This document shows, piece by piece, positions 1 to 11,811 of a stretch of 42,501 nt of DNA. The notes under the pieces were generated by a model. It ran no database searches, was not told the origin of the DNA, and was given only the letters and a program-made list of their open reading frames with translations. This DNA is from an uncultured delta proteobacterium. GTDB lineage: Bacteria > Myxococcota > Myxococcia > Myxococcales > Myxococcaceae. Within the stretch, counting starts at the first letter, position 1. Each line of letters opens with the position of its first letter. The stretch lies in contig CAVYSY010000029.1 in the NCBI GenBank assembly GCA_963771175.1, positions 1 through 42,501 of the forward strand, written 5' to 3'. The translations under genes and the position numbers were made by a program.

Positions 1-83
1 TCTCGACACCCCCCACAGGGAGCACACGCCACACATCGACGCCCCGACAGCCCCCGAAGCTCACGCTTCTCGTCCTCCTGACG

Positions 84-1601
84 TTGGCCGCCCTGGCCGG
101 CTGCGAAGCCCACACCAGGCCCGATACCTCCGCGGAGAAGCCCTACTCCGAGGTGCAGCTCGACGTGATGGTGCCGCCCGAGACGCCGGTCGACGCCGCC
201 GTCTTCATCAAGGGCTCGGACCCGTCGCTCACGGGCGCCTCGGGCAAGGGCCTGGAGCTCATCTACCAGGGCGGCAACACCTTCTCGGCCAAGACGCGGC
301 TGCCCAAGGGCCAGGACATCACCTACACCCTCCACGTCGACAAGCCGAGCGAGCAGGTGGCGCTCGACGCGGCCGGCGCGGTGGTGCCCGAGCGGACGCT
401 GAAGGTGGAGACGGACGAGGAGAACCGCGCCTTCACCGTGGAGCGCTGGGGCCCGGAGACGGGCGGCGGCATCGAGCCCCAGCTCGTCTTCGTGGTCGCG
501 GTCCCGAGCAACACGCCGGGAGAGGCCAGCCTCTGGCTGTCCGGCAACCACGAGCTGCTGGGAGGCTGGAACGGGGCGGGGGTGAAGCTCTACAAGGCGG
601 TGAACGACCGCTACGTGGCGAGCCTCTCCTTCGCGCCGGGGACGTCGCTCGAGTTCAAGGCGACGCGCGGCTCATGGGAAACCGTGGAGAAGGGCTCCGC
701 GGGTGAGGAGATCGACAACCACACCTTCAAGACGGGGAGCGGCTACGAGCGCACCTTCGTCACCGTGGCGAAGTGGGCGGACCTCGACGGGGTGCCGGCC
801 ACGCCGGTGCTCACCGGCAACATCGAGTACCTGCGGGAGGTGACGCCCACGGACACCACGCTGAAGAAGCGGGACGTCATCGTCTGGCTGCCGCCGGACT
901 ACAAGACGAACCCCGAGCGCCGCTACCCGGTGCTGTACATGCACGACGGGCAGAACCTGATGGACGCCACCACGGCGTTCGCGGGGGAGTGGGGCGTGGA
1001 CGAGACGGCGCAGCAGCTCGTCGAGTCCGGGCAGGTGGAGCCCGTCATCATCGTGGGCGTCTACAACACCGTGGACCGCGGCCCCGAGTACACGCAGGTG
1101 CCGGATGCCCGGTACCCCGAGGTCGATGGTGCCAACGGTGGCCGGGCGGACCTCTACGGCAAGTTCCTCATCGAGGAGCTGAAGCCGCTCATCGACACCA
1201 GGTACCGCACGAAGCCGGACGCGGCGTCCACGGGCCTGGCGGGCTCGTCGCTGGGCGGGCTGGTGTCCATGTACCTGGGCAGCAAGAACCCGGGGACGTT
1301 CACCCGGCTGGGCGTCATCTCTCCCTCGGTGTTCTGGGGCAACAACGACATCGTCACGAAGGTGCAGGCACTGCCCGGCAAGCTGCCGCTGCGCATCTGG
1401 CTGGACATCGGCACCGAGGAGGGGAGCAGCAGCCAGGAGACGGTGGGCGATACCCGGCTGCTGCGCGACGCGCTGGTGGGCAAGGGCTGGGTGCTCGACG
1501 ACGACCTGAAGTACACCGAGGTGGTGGGCGGCCAGCACAACGAGAAGGCCTGGGCCGCGCGCTTCGGGGACATCCTCAAGTACCTGTACCCCGCGCCGTA
1601 A
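84..1601 (+). CDS. Lipoprotein alpha/beta-hydrolase (putative esterase) with N-terminal CBM20-like carbohydrate-binding domains
   Basis: GSSLGG nucleophile elbow, YPVLYMHDGQN and C-terminal H-N-E-x-A-W motifs of the putative esterase family; two CBM20-like segments (VFVVAVP...LWLSGN...LGGW...EFK). The in-frame upstream sequence reads KLTLLVLLTLAALAGC (lipobox), so the true start is upstream, probably ATG at 35 hidden by an extra C (atcg) after GGGAG. Confidence 0.85.
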   Translation: MAALAGCEAHTRPDTSAEKPYSEVQLDVMVPPETPVDAAVFIKGSDPSLTGASGKGLELIYQGGNTFSAKTRLPKGQDITYTLHVDKPSEQVALDAAGAVVPERTLKVETDEENRAFTVERWGPETGGGIEPQLVFVVAVPSNTPGEASLWLSGNHELLGGWNGAGVKLYKAVNDRYVASLSFAPGTSLEFKATRGSWETVEKGSAGEEIDNHTFKTGSGYERTFVTVAKWADLDGVPATPVLTGNIEYLREVTPTDTTLKKRDVIVWLPPDYKTNPERRYPVLYMHDGQNLMDATTAFAGEWGVDETAQQLVESGQVEPVIIVGVYNTVDRGPEYTQVPDARYPEVDGANGGRADLYGKFLIEELKPLIDTRYRTKPDAASTGLAGSSLGGLVSMYLGSKNPGTFTRLGVISPSVFWGNNDIVTKVQALPGKLPLRIWLDIGTEEGSSSQETVGDTRLLRDALVGKGWVLDDDLKYTEVVGGQHNEKAWAARFGDILKYLYPAP

Positions 1602-1607
1602 TCCCTC

Positions 1608-2430
1608 TCAGTCCCCGCCCTCCGGCCCGGGTCCGGCGGAGGAAGGGCGCTCGGCCCGGGGTGGCTCCATGAGCGAGGCCACCTCGGGCGAGTAGCCTCC
1701 CGGACCCTCGCCGTGGACGATGAGCGGCGGACGCACCGCGAGCCCCCGCTGCCTGTCCCGCACCGCGTGCACCAGGAAGCGAGTGGCCGGAGCATCCACC
1801 CGCGCATGCACCGTGCGCAGGGCCACCGGGTGGAGCCTCGCCGCCACGAGCAGCCCAAGCACCTCCGTCAGCCGCGCCGCCGGGTAGACGAGGCTCACCC
1901 GCCCGCCCGGAGAGAGCGCGTGCCGGGCCGCCGCCACCACCGAGGGCGCGTCACACGCCAACTCCTGCTTGGACAGGGCGCGCTCCTCGTCGGGGCTGAG
2001 CACCCCCGCGCGCACCGGGCGGAAGGGAGGGTTGGACACGACGTGCGCGTAGGCGCCCGAGGCGAAGAGCGTGCGGGCCTCGCGCAGGTCTCCGAGCAGG
2101 GGCCGCACCCGTGCCCTCGCAGGCGTTGAGGGCCACGGCGCGCACCAGGCGGGCGTGGACCTCGGGCTGCAGCTCGAGCGCGTCCACGGGCCCCAGGCCG
2201 AACTGACACGCGAGCAGGAAGGACACCACGCCACTGCCCGCACCGAGCTCCAGCAGGGGGCCACCGGCCTCCTTGCCCTCGGTGGCCGCGAAGGCCGCGA
2301 GCAGCACCGCATCCAGCGTGAAGCGGTAGCCACCGCGGCGCTGGAGCACCCGCACGCCCGCGGTGCCGATGGAGTCGAGCGTCTCGTCCGACGCGGGTGC
2401 GTCGTGGAAGGGGTCGGTCTTGTTGCTCAC
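1608..2430 (-). CDS. tRNA1(Val) (adenine(37)-N6)-methyltransferase family (TrmN6/YfiC-like); one +1 frameshift near 2112 as sequenced
   Basis: ORF 1951..2466 gives GYRFTLDAVLL and LLELGAGSG; ORF 1608..2333 continues with VVSNPPF. Removing one base restores ~273 aa. GTG start at 2430 with GGAG 7 nt upstream. Confidence 0.85.
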
Positions 2431-2460
2431 CACCAGACTCCGAAATCGCCGGGGGATGGT

Positions 2461-2476
2461 CCTCACTCTATCCGGT
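2461..2476 (+). repeat. 16-bp direct repeat CCTCACTCTATCCGGT (copies at 2461-2476, 4077-4092, 5598-5613)
   Basis: Exact 16-mer read three times, bracketing both toxin-immunity cassettes; its reverse strand contains a TAGAGT -10-like hexamer. Confidence 0.9.
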
Positions 2477-2496
2477 GCTCAAGGCTTCGGGGTCAT

Positions 2497-3964
<1,468 letters not shown>

Positions 3965-4112
3965 GCCGTGCGGGCGTGTGGAGGCGTTGGCAAGACGCCA
4001 CGTCCTCCCGAGTCACCCGCTCCAGGGTAACGGTCTTGTTGCTCACCACCAGACTCCGAAATCACCGGGGGATGGTCCTCACTCTATCCGGTGCTCAAGG
4101 CTTCGGGGCCAT

Positions 4113-4831
4113 ATGGCCCGAGCCCTTCCGCATCGAAAGCTGCTGTCGCTGTTCCTCGCCGCGCTGCTGCTGGCCGCGTGCGCCACCTCCTCACCTGCCT
4201 CGCACGCATGGGAGGGAGACAGGGCCTGACGACACCACCTCCTGCGACGACCCCGACGCTGACCAGTGCGTCGTGCTCGCCTGTGACGAGGGCAAGTGCG
4301 CCTTCTTCGACTGTGCGGACGTGGACCCGGAGGCGCTCACGCACGTGCCCCTGGCACACGGCGCGGAGCTCGCGCAATTCCATCGTCCGCCCTCTCGTGG
4401 CCCCGGGATTCAGCGCAACTGGCGACGCGCGGGACTTCGAGAAGGCGCCCGGCCCCGGCTGACCTTCCACTTCCGCTACCGCCAGGGCTTCCTCCCCGCC
4501 TTCCCCCGCCTCGAAGGCAAGCTGATCAAACACCACCTCTTCCCCCAGGCTCAGGAGTTCAGGGAGTGGTTCATCAGGAATGTGGATCAACATCCACGAG
4601 TGGACGATGCTGGTCCCGGAGCAGGTGCACCTGCGCATCCACCGCGGCGCGAATGGCGGACTGTGGAACGAGGCGTGGCGACAGTTCCACGAGGCCAATC
4701 CAGGCCAGGTGCCACGGGAGGTACTGATCCGCAAGGCCTTCGAGCTGGCCCTGCGCTTCGACATCGCCGGTCCCCTCAGGCCGTACTACTCTCCGGTGCC
4801 TCCACCCGGTCCCCAGCTCCTCGCTCCTTGA
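4113..4831 (+). CDS. SitA6/TIGR02269-like polymorphic toxin lipoprotein (copy 2); two +1 frameshifts (~4215, ~4582) as sequenced
   Basis: Stitched from ORFs 3867..4229, 3976..4962 and 4580..4831; LLLAAC lipobox; KHHLFPQ and HLRIHRGANGGLWNEAW motifs. Confidence 0.85.
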
Positions 4832-5581
<750 letters not shown>

Positions 5582-5697
5582 GTGTCGGACAGGCGGCCCT
5601 CACTCTATCCGGTCGTTCACATGCGTAGGACGTGGGTGTCGCTTTTCCAGCCCCGCCGGGTGGCTCCACTGGACGTGATGAGCAGCGTGCCAGCCCC

Positions 5698-6201
5698 ATG
5701 ACCCGCCACCTTTCCCTTCCAGTCCTGCTCCTGGCCCTCACCTCCAGCGGCTGCGGTGCCGACCAGGAGCCCTGCACCAGGGGCTGCCCCAACATCTCCG
5801 GTGTGTATTCCATCGAACACAACACGCCCATGGGGGAGTGCTCCTTCAGCCCCTACCTGCTGGGCCCCACCGTGCAGCTCCTCCAGAGCGACAACGGGAG
5901 GAGGGTCACCCTCCACATCATCGATCCGTCCACGCAGCTCGAGGTGCCGCTGACAGGCGATGTCTACGCCCCCGATCCCAAGGACGATCCCGAGCTGCTC
6001 GGCTCCTTCCTGATGACCGCGCGGACGGTCCGGTCCGCCACCCTGTCCTCGAATCGCACCGTCACACTGGACGTGAATGCCTCGGGCTCGGTATTCCTGC
6101 GGGACAACCGCCGGGTGCTGTCAGCGACGCTGACCACCACGGAAATGGGCTCCAGCCAGAGCTGCGAAGTCACGCTGTCCGTCATGGGTGAAGGGAGTTG
6201 A
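5698..6201 (+). CDS. Hypothetical lipoprotein
   Basis: MTRHLSLPVLLLALTSSGC lipobox, beta-rich body with several Cys; its last codons contain the GGGAG RBS for nrfH. Confidence 0.75.
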   Translation: MTRHLSLPVLLLALTSSGCGADQEPCTRGCPNISGVYSIEHNTPMGECSFSPYLLGPTVQLLQSDNGRRVTLHIIDPSTQLEVPLTGDVYAPDPKDDPELLGSFLMTARTVRSATLSSNRTVTLDVNASGSVFLRDNRRVLSATLTTTEMGSSQSCEVTLSVMGEGS

Positions 6202-6205
6202 GTAC

Positions 6206-6718
6206 GTGGAGACAGAGGGCTCGCGGCCCGAATCCAGCCAGGCGCCCAGGCGGCGCCGAGGACCCACCGCCTTCGCCTGGCTCAGCCTGGGCGTGAGCGT
6301 GGCCATCGGAGTCGCCGTCGGCATCGGCGGCTTCACCTTCGCCTACGCGAAGGGCGCCTCGTACATGACGGACGACCCCGCGGCGTGCGCCAACTGCCAC
6401 GTCATGAACGAGCAGTACGACGGGTGGCTCAAATCCAGCCATCACACCGTGGCCGTCTGCAATGACTGCCATACGCCGCACGGGTTCGTCGGCAAGTACG
6501 CCGCCAAGGCGCTCAATGGCTGGCACCATTCGGTGGCCTTCACCTCCGGCGACTTCCACGAGCCCATCCAGATCGGCCCGCGCAACCGCGCGGTCACCGA
6601 GCAGCGCTGCCGCACGTGTCACCAGCCCATCGTCCAGGCGATCGACTCGCACGCGGCGGACAGCGGCAAGGAACTCTCCTGCATCCGCTGCCACAGCGAC
6701 GTCGGACACGGACCCTAG
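6206..6718 (+). CDS. nrfH: Cytochrome c nitrite reductase small subunit (tetraheme NapC/NirT family)
   Basis: N-terminal TM helix; four heme motifs CANCH, CNDCH, CRTCH, CIRCH; directly upstream of nrfA; GTG at 6206 after GGGAG (ORF caller start 6188). Confidence 0.93.
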   Translation: METEGSRPESSQAPRRRRGPTAFAWLSLGVSVAIGVAVGIGGFTFAYAKGASYMTDDPAACANCHVMNEQYDGWLKSSHHTVAVCNDCHTPHGFVGKYAAKALNGWHHSVAFTSGDFHEPIQIGPRNRAVTEQRCRTCHQPIVQAIDSHAADSGKELSCIRCHSDVGHGP

Positions 6719-6752
6719 TCCTCCCCCATCTCCCCCAATAGACCCGACCTGA

Positions 6753-8204
6753 ATGGACACGAATCAAACCCGCCGACGCGCCTTCCTCCTCCTCGGCGCG
6801 ATGGTCCTCGCCGCTGTCGCCGCGGTGGCCGCCGCCTCGCTGGCCGTGAACGTCATGGAGCGCAAGCAGGAGGCCCGCAATCCCTTCTACCGCGTCGTCG
6901 AGCTCACCGATGACACGGAGGATCCGGCCATCTGGGGGAAGAACTTCCCGCTCCAGTACGACAGCTACAAGCGCACGGTGGACATGGTGCGCACGAAGTA
7001 CGGCGGCAGTGAGGCGGTGCCGCGCGCGCCCACCGAGAAGGATCCGCGCCAGGTGACGGCCCAGTCGCGCCTGGAGGAGGACCCTCGGCTGAAGACGTTC
7101 TGGGCGGGCTATGCCTTCGCGGCGGACTTCCGCGAGGAGCGCGGCCACGCGTACGTGCTGGAGGACCAGTTGTTCACCGAGCGCCAGCACGTCACGAAGC
7201 AGCCGGGCGCGTGCCTCCACTGCCACGCCTCGGTCTACGTGCCCTACAAGAAGCTGGGCGAGGGCGACATCATCAAGGGTTTCGAGAAGGCGAACCCGAT
7301 GCCCTACGCCGAGGCGCGCAAGCTGGTGACGCACCCGGTGTCGTGCATCGACTGCCATGATTCACAGACGATGCAGTTGCGGGTGACGCGGCCGGGCTTC
7401 ATCGAGGGCATCCGCGCGCTGAAGGCCAGCCAGGGCGTGAAGGACTACGACGTGAACAAGCAGGCCACGCGCCAGGAGATGCGCACGTACGTGTGCGGGC
7501 AGTGCCACGTCGAGTACTACTTCAAGGGCCCGGAGAAGCGGCTGACGTACCCCTGGGCCAATGGCATCAAGATCGAGAACATCCTCACGTACTACACGGA
7601 GAATCAGCACAAGGACTGGACGCACGCGGAGACGGGCGCGCCGGTGCTCAAGGCGCAGCACCCCGAGTTCGAGATGTACAACCAGGGCATCCACGCCCGC
7701 TCGGGGGTGGCGTGCGCGGACTGCCACATGCCCTACAAGCGCGAAGGGGCGCTGAAGATCAGCGACCACCACGTGCGCAGCCCGCTGCTGAACGTGAACA
7801 ACGCCTGTCAGACGTGCCACAACTGGTCGGAGCAGGAGCTGACCCAGCGCGTGTACACCATCCAGGACCGCACCTTCGAGCTGCGCAACCGGGCGCTGGA
7901 CGCGATGGTGGCGCTGATTGGAGACATGAAGGCGGCGAGGGCCGCGGGCAAGACGGACGCGGACCTGAAGACGGCGATGGAGCTGCAGCGTCGGGCCCAG
8001 TTCATGGTGGACTTCGTGGAGGCGGAGAACTCGATGGGCTTCCACGCGCCGGAGGAGGCCGCGCGCATCCTCGGCATCGCGATGGACCTGGCGAGGCAGG
8101 GGCAGCTCGCGGTGCGCCAGCCCGACTTCGTCCCCAGCCTCTTCCCGAGCACCACGGCCACGGTGGCACCCACCGAGCGCGAGGTGACGCCAGTCTCCCG
8201 CTGA
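6753..8204 (+). CDS. nrfA: Ammonia-forming pentaheme cytochrome c552 nitrite reductase
   Basis: WAGYAF..DF.EERGH, five heme motifs (CLHCH, CIDCH, CGQCH, CADCH, CQTCH), CHVEYYF, KAQHPEFE, ENSMGFHAP. Confidence 0.95.
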   Translation: MDTNQTRRRAFLLLGAMVLAAVAAVAAASLAVNVMERKQEARNPFYRVVELTDDTEDPAIWGKNFPLQYDSYKRTVDMVRTKYGGSEAVPRAPTEKDPRQVTAQSRLEEDPRLKTFWAGYAFAADFREERGHAYVLEDQLFTERQHVTKQPGACLHCHASVYVPYKKLGEGDIIKGFEKANPMPYAEARKLVTHPVSCIDCHDSQTMQLRVTRPGFIEGIRALKASQGVKDYDVNKQATRQEMRTYVCGQCHVEYYFKGPEKRLTYPWANGIKIENILTYYTENQHKDWTHAETGAPVLKAQHPEFEMYNQGIHARSGVACADCHMPYKREGALKISDHHVRSPLLNVNNACQTCHNWSEQELTQRVYTIQDRTFELRNRALDAMVALIGDMKAARAAGKTDADLKTAMELQRRAQFMVDFVEAENSMGFHAPEEAARILGIAMDLARQGQLAVRQPDFVPSLFPSTTATVAPTEREVTPVSR

Positions 8205-8249
8205 CACGGGGTGGCAGGCTGACCGCGTCCTCGGACGCGGTCGCCTGAC

Positions 8250-9209
8250 TCAGGAGCGGTTGCCCGCGAGCCGCTCGGCGACGTCGATCACCTTCGCCTC
8301 GACGTTCGTGTTGTCCAGCTTGTCGATCTCCGCGATGCCGGTGGGGCTGGTGACGTTGACCTCGGTGAGCCAGTCGCCAATCACGTCGATGCCCACGAGG
8401 TACAGGCCGCGCTCCTGGAGCGAGGGCTTGAGTCGGGCGCAGATCTCCCGCTCACGCGGGGTGAGCGACGTCTTCACGGGAGTGCCACCGGCGGCCATGT
8501 TGCCGCGGTGGTCGTCCTGCGCGGGGACACGGAGCACGGCGCCAGCGGGCTCGCCATCGACGAGGATGATGCGCTTGTCGCCCTGGCGGCTCTCGGGGAG
8601 GTAGGCCTGGGCGACGATCGCCTTGCGACCACCGAGGGTGAGGACCTCCAGGAGCGAGCGCATGTTCCGATCGCCGGGCTGGAGGAAGACGATGCCCTGG
8701 CCACCGAAGCCCTCGACGGGCTTGAGGATGGTGCCCTGGGGGTGGCTGGTGACGAATTGGGCGAGCGAGACGAGATCCCGGGCGATGAGCGTCTCGGGCA
8801 TCAGCTCGGGGAAGCGCAGACCGAAGAGCTTCTCGTTGGCGTCGCGGATGCCAGTGGGGTTGTTGAGGAAGACGGGCCCCTTGTCCCCGCACAGCTCGAC
8901 GAGCTGGGTGGCCAGGATGAAGTCGGCGTCGACGGGCGGATCCTTCCGCAGGAAGAGGACGTCGAGGCTGGAGAGGGGGCGAACCTCCTCGTCGAGGATG
9001 TCGAAGTGGCGGCCGGGCTCGCGGCGCACGGTGACGGTGCGCATGCGGGACTCGGCGCGGGAGCCGCCGAAGCGGAGCCAGGGCTGCTCGAAATAGCGCA
9101 CCTGATGGCCGCGCCGCTGGGCCTCGAGCATGAGGGCGAAGGTGGAGTCATGATCCACCCGGACCGTCTCGAGCGGGTCCATGAGGAAGCCAAAGGTGAG
9201 CGCGGCCAT
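8250..9209 (-). CDS. gshB: Glutathione synthetase
   Basis: FLMDP...DSTFALMLEAQRRG, LRKDPP, NEKL, GDKRIILVDG, RGNMAAGG, GIDVIG..LTEVNVTSPTG; ATG at 9209 with GGAGG RBS. Confidence 0.95.
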   Translation of the reverse strand: MAALTFGFLMDPLETVRVDHDSTFALMLEAQRRGHQVRYFEQPWLRFGGSRAESRMRTVTVRREPGRHFDILDEEVRPLSSLDVLFLRKDPPVDADFILATQLVELCGDKGPVFLNNPTGIRDANEKLFGLRFPELMPETLIARDLVSLAQFVTSHPQGTILKPVEGFGGQGIVFLQPGDRNMRSLLEVLTLGGRKAIVAQAYLPESRQGDKRIILVDGEPAGAVLRVPAQDDHRGNMAAGGTPVKTSLTPREREICARLKPSLQERGLYLVGIDVIGDWLTEVNVTSPTGIAEIDKLDNTNVEAKVIDVAERLAGNRS

Positions 9210-9306
9210 GGTGAGAGAGCCTCCTTGAGGGCGGGGAATGATACCCGGTGAGTAGACGGACGGAGGAGGGCGCGCGACAGAAAAAGCACATGGAGCGGGG
9301 GAAGGG

Positions 9307-10104
9307 TTACGGAGGACGTGGTTGACACGCAGCAGGCCCGGCGTCCGGGCAGGCAACCTCGTTCTCGGTGCGGGGCCGGGTGCAGGCCATCTTCAGCTTC
9401 ACGACGCCCGACTTCGTGTAGCGGAAGGGTCCGAGGGTGCACTGCTCGTCCTCGGGACAGGGGCTCCGTCGACAGTTCTCCCCCAGCACCTTCACGCACA
9501 CCGAGACGCCATCCTCCATGGGAACGCACTGCTGGCCCTCGGGACAGCTCCTGCCCTCACAGCTGGGCATGCAGGAGGGCCCGTTCAGCCCGTCCCGACA
9601 GAAGAAGCCCGCCGCACAACTCTCGGGCTCATCCAGCTCGCAGGGACGACCACACCACCCGTCATTGCAACGAAGCCCCTGCGCGCAGGTGTTCTTCTCT
9701 GGACCCATGGCAAGTACACAGGCCTCGCCCTCCTTCCTACGTCCCGGATCGATACACACGCGCACCAGAGGCCCTTCGTCCAAGGTGCGTAAGGTCTGGC
9801 AGATGCCCCCATCTCTGCACTGCAAGTCCGTCATGCACCAGCTGTCGCTGCAGAGTCCCTCACGCTCGTGAGCTGAAAAGCTCAAGCACCCGAGTGGCGG
9901 CTCACAATCCGCGCCCTTCCAGCACTTCTGCGAATAGGTCTGGAGCCTCCAGGTCTCTTCCAACTCAAGCCGAGGGCTCTCCTTCGCCATCCTCGCGCGT
10001 TCCTCGGACCAGGACTTCCACGCCAGTCCCATGATGAGGACGAGCGGCAAGGGAAGCAGGACGCAGAGAATGCTGGCGAGGAAGGGACTCCGCTTCACTT
10101 GCAC
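9307..10104 (-). CDS. Membrane-anchored cysteine-rich (disulfide-repeat) hypothetical protein
   Basis: N-terminal TM helix followed by many Cys in C-x-x-x-x-x-C / CPxGxxC repeats typical of myxobacterial surface proteins. Confidence 0.7.
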   Translation of the reverse strand: MQVKRSPFLASILCVLLPLPLVLIMGLAWKSWSEERARMAKESPRLELEETWRLQTYSQKCWKGADCEPPLGCLSFSAHEREGLCSDSWCMTDLQCRDGGICQTLRTLDEGPLVRVCIDPGRRKEGEACVLAMGPEKNTCAQGLRCNDGWCGRPCELDEPESCAAGFFCRDGLNGPSCMPSCEGRSCPEGQQCVPMEDGVSVCVKVLGENCRRSPCPEDEQCTLGPFRYTKSGVVKLKMACTRPRTENEVACPDAGPAACQPRPP

Positions 10105-10361
10105 GTCACCTTACAAGGCTGGGTTCTACAGTCCCAATCCTCTACCTTGTCATCGGGGCAGTACCTCTCCTCATCTTCCTCTTCATCCTCGTCATCCCTC
10201 TGTCTCGCGTTCCTGAACTCTTCCTTGCGCTCCCGAAAGTTGTCGTTCAGATCCTTCTCAAAGGCTTGGTCGAGCTTGCCGCCTTTCCGGTAGGTATGTG
10301 GGCACCCCGTCCCCAGAGCCAAGAGCCACACAGCAGCTGCGATCATCGCGCGTTGAGACAT
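10095..10361 (-). CDS. Small hypothetical lipoprotein (88 aa) with acidic tract
   Basis: MSQRAMIAAAVWLLALGTGC lipobox, DDEDEEEDEE tract, four C-terminal Cys; overlaps the next gene by 10 nt. Confidence 0.7.
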   Translation of the reverse strand: MSQRAMIAAAVWLLALGTGCPHTYRKGGKLDQAFEKDLNDNFRERKEEFRNARQRDDEDEEEDEERYCPDDKVEDWDCRTQPCKVTCK

Positions 10362-10503
10362 GAGGCCCCCCTGACTGGATGATGTCTCAAGGGTCGGAGG
10401 ACCCCTGCAGTGAAGCGGTGCGCCATCCACCCCGGATGACCACTGCAGGACACCGCACCCGGGGAGGGGACCTTGATGCAGTGCCTCGACTTCGAGGACG
10501 CTC

Positions 10504-11811
10504 GTGTCCGTGCCCCTCGTCAGAGCGGATAGCCGGAGCGCCGCCTCCTCCCTCCACGAGCTGGAGCGGCATCAGCGTCGCCGCGAGCAGGGCATCCCCA
10601 CGCTCACCGTGCTCGCCGGCCCTCCCGGCACCGCGGCGTCCCTCTGGCGTCGCTGGCTCGACTCGCTCCACCGGCCGGCCTGTACGGTGCTCGCCGCGAG
10701 CGAGCTCGAAGTCGCTCGCGCGTGGACGGAGACGCTCGCACGCCTCAGGAGTCTCGAAGCGGATGCGGCGGACTTCCTCGGTGGGGCCGCGGGCCTCGCT
10801 CCAGGTGAATTGCCCTCCCGGCTCCAAGGAAAGACAGCTCACGAGCGCGAGGTCCTCCTCCAGGAGCTGCTCCCCCTGGCTCCCGACGGAGACTCCTCCG
10901 CCGCGTGCAGGGGTCTGCTCCAACCACAAGTTACCCACAATTCAGGGGGTCCCCTCGACCCGGTGCTCGTGGCACTGGGTGGCGATCCCCTCCGAGCCCT
11001 CGCGGCCCTGCATGCGCTCGTCCCGCCGGGCTCGGCTCCGGCCCTGTTGCTCACCGGCTCCGGCGTGGACGGGGTGACTCGTGCGGCCCGGGTGGCCGCG
11101 AAGCTGTGTGCCTCCATCCCGTCCCTCGTCATCGCCCTGACCACGGACCGACCCGCGCTCGACGCGTACCTGCACGGCAGTGAGTCCCAGGCACTCGCCA
11201 TGGTGCGCGAGGGTCTCATCGAGCTCGCCGCGCCCTCTCCCGAAGCCCTGGGGCGCAGACTGGAAGCACTCGGAGTGAACCGCTCGGAAGCACTCTCCGG
11301 CTCGCTGGCCCGGCTCGCGGCGGACGGAGTTCCGGACGAGGTCCTCACCCTCTTCGGCGAGGCAGCTCGCGAGCAACAACGGGCCTCCCGGGAGGACGGA
11401 CCCCAGGACCGTGCGCGCAGCACCGAGGAGCGATTCCTCTCCGCGTTCCTCGAATCGCTCCCGTCCACCCAGGGGCTCTTCGAGCTCAACGCCTCCCCGG
11501 GCTTCCGCCTGGCGGGCAGGCAGGTTGAGGTGGACCTGCTGGCCCGGCGGCTCTCCATCGCCGTGGAGATCGACGGCTACCGTCACTTCCAGGATGCCAA
11601 GGCGTACCGGCGCGACCGGCGCAAGGACCTGGCGCTGCAACAGCATGGGTATGTGGTGCTGCGCTTCCTCGCCCAGGACGTGGTGGCGCGGCTCGAGGAA
11701 ATCCTCGACACTATCTCGGAAGTCATATCGCAACGACGCGAGGCCCTCTCCCAGGGGTCCTCGCCGGGGGAGGCCGAACATGGAGGGGCAGGAGATTTCT
11801 CGTCTGGGTGA
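10504..11811 (+). CDS. DUF559 / Vsr-like PD-(D/E)XK endonuclease-domain protein with ~300-aa N-terminal extension
   Basis: C-terminal RSTEERFL...VEVDLL...IAVEIDGYRHF...RRDRRKD..LQQHGYVVLRF is the DUF559 signature; N-terminal TLTVLAGPPG resembles a degenerate P-loop. Confidence 0.85.
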   Translation: MSVPLVRADSRSAASSLHELERHQRRREQGIPTLTVLAGPPGTAASLWRRWLDSLHRPACTVLAASELEVARAWTETLARLRSLEADAADFLGGAAGLAPGELPSRLQGKTAHEREVLLQELLPLAPDGDSSAACRGLLQPQVTHNSGGPLDPVLVALGGDPLRALAALHALVPPGSAPALLLTGSGVDGVTRAARVAAKLCASIPSLVIALTTDRPALDAYLHGSESQALAMVREGLIELAAPSPEALGRRLEALGVNRSEALSGSLARLAADGVPDEVLTLFGEAAREQQRASREDGPQDRARSTEERFLSAFLESLPSTQGLFELNASPGFRLAGRQVEVDLLARRLSIAVEIDGYRHFQDAKAYRRDRRKDLALQQHGYVVLRFLAQDVVARLEEILDTISEVISQRREALSQGSSPGEAEHGGAGDFSSG

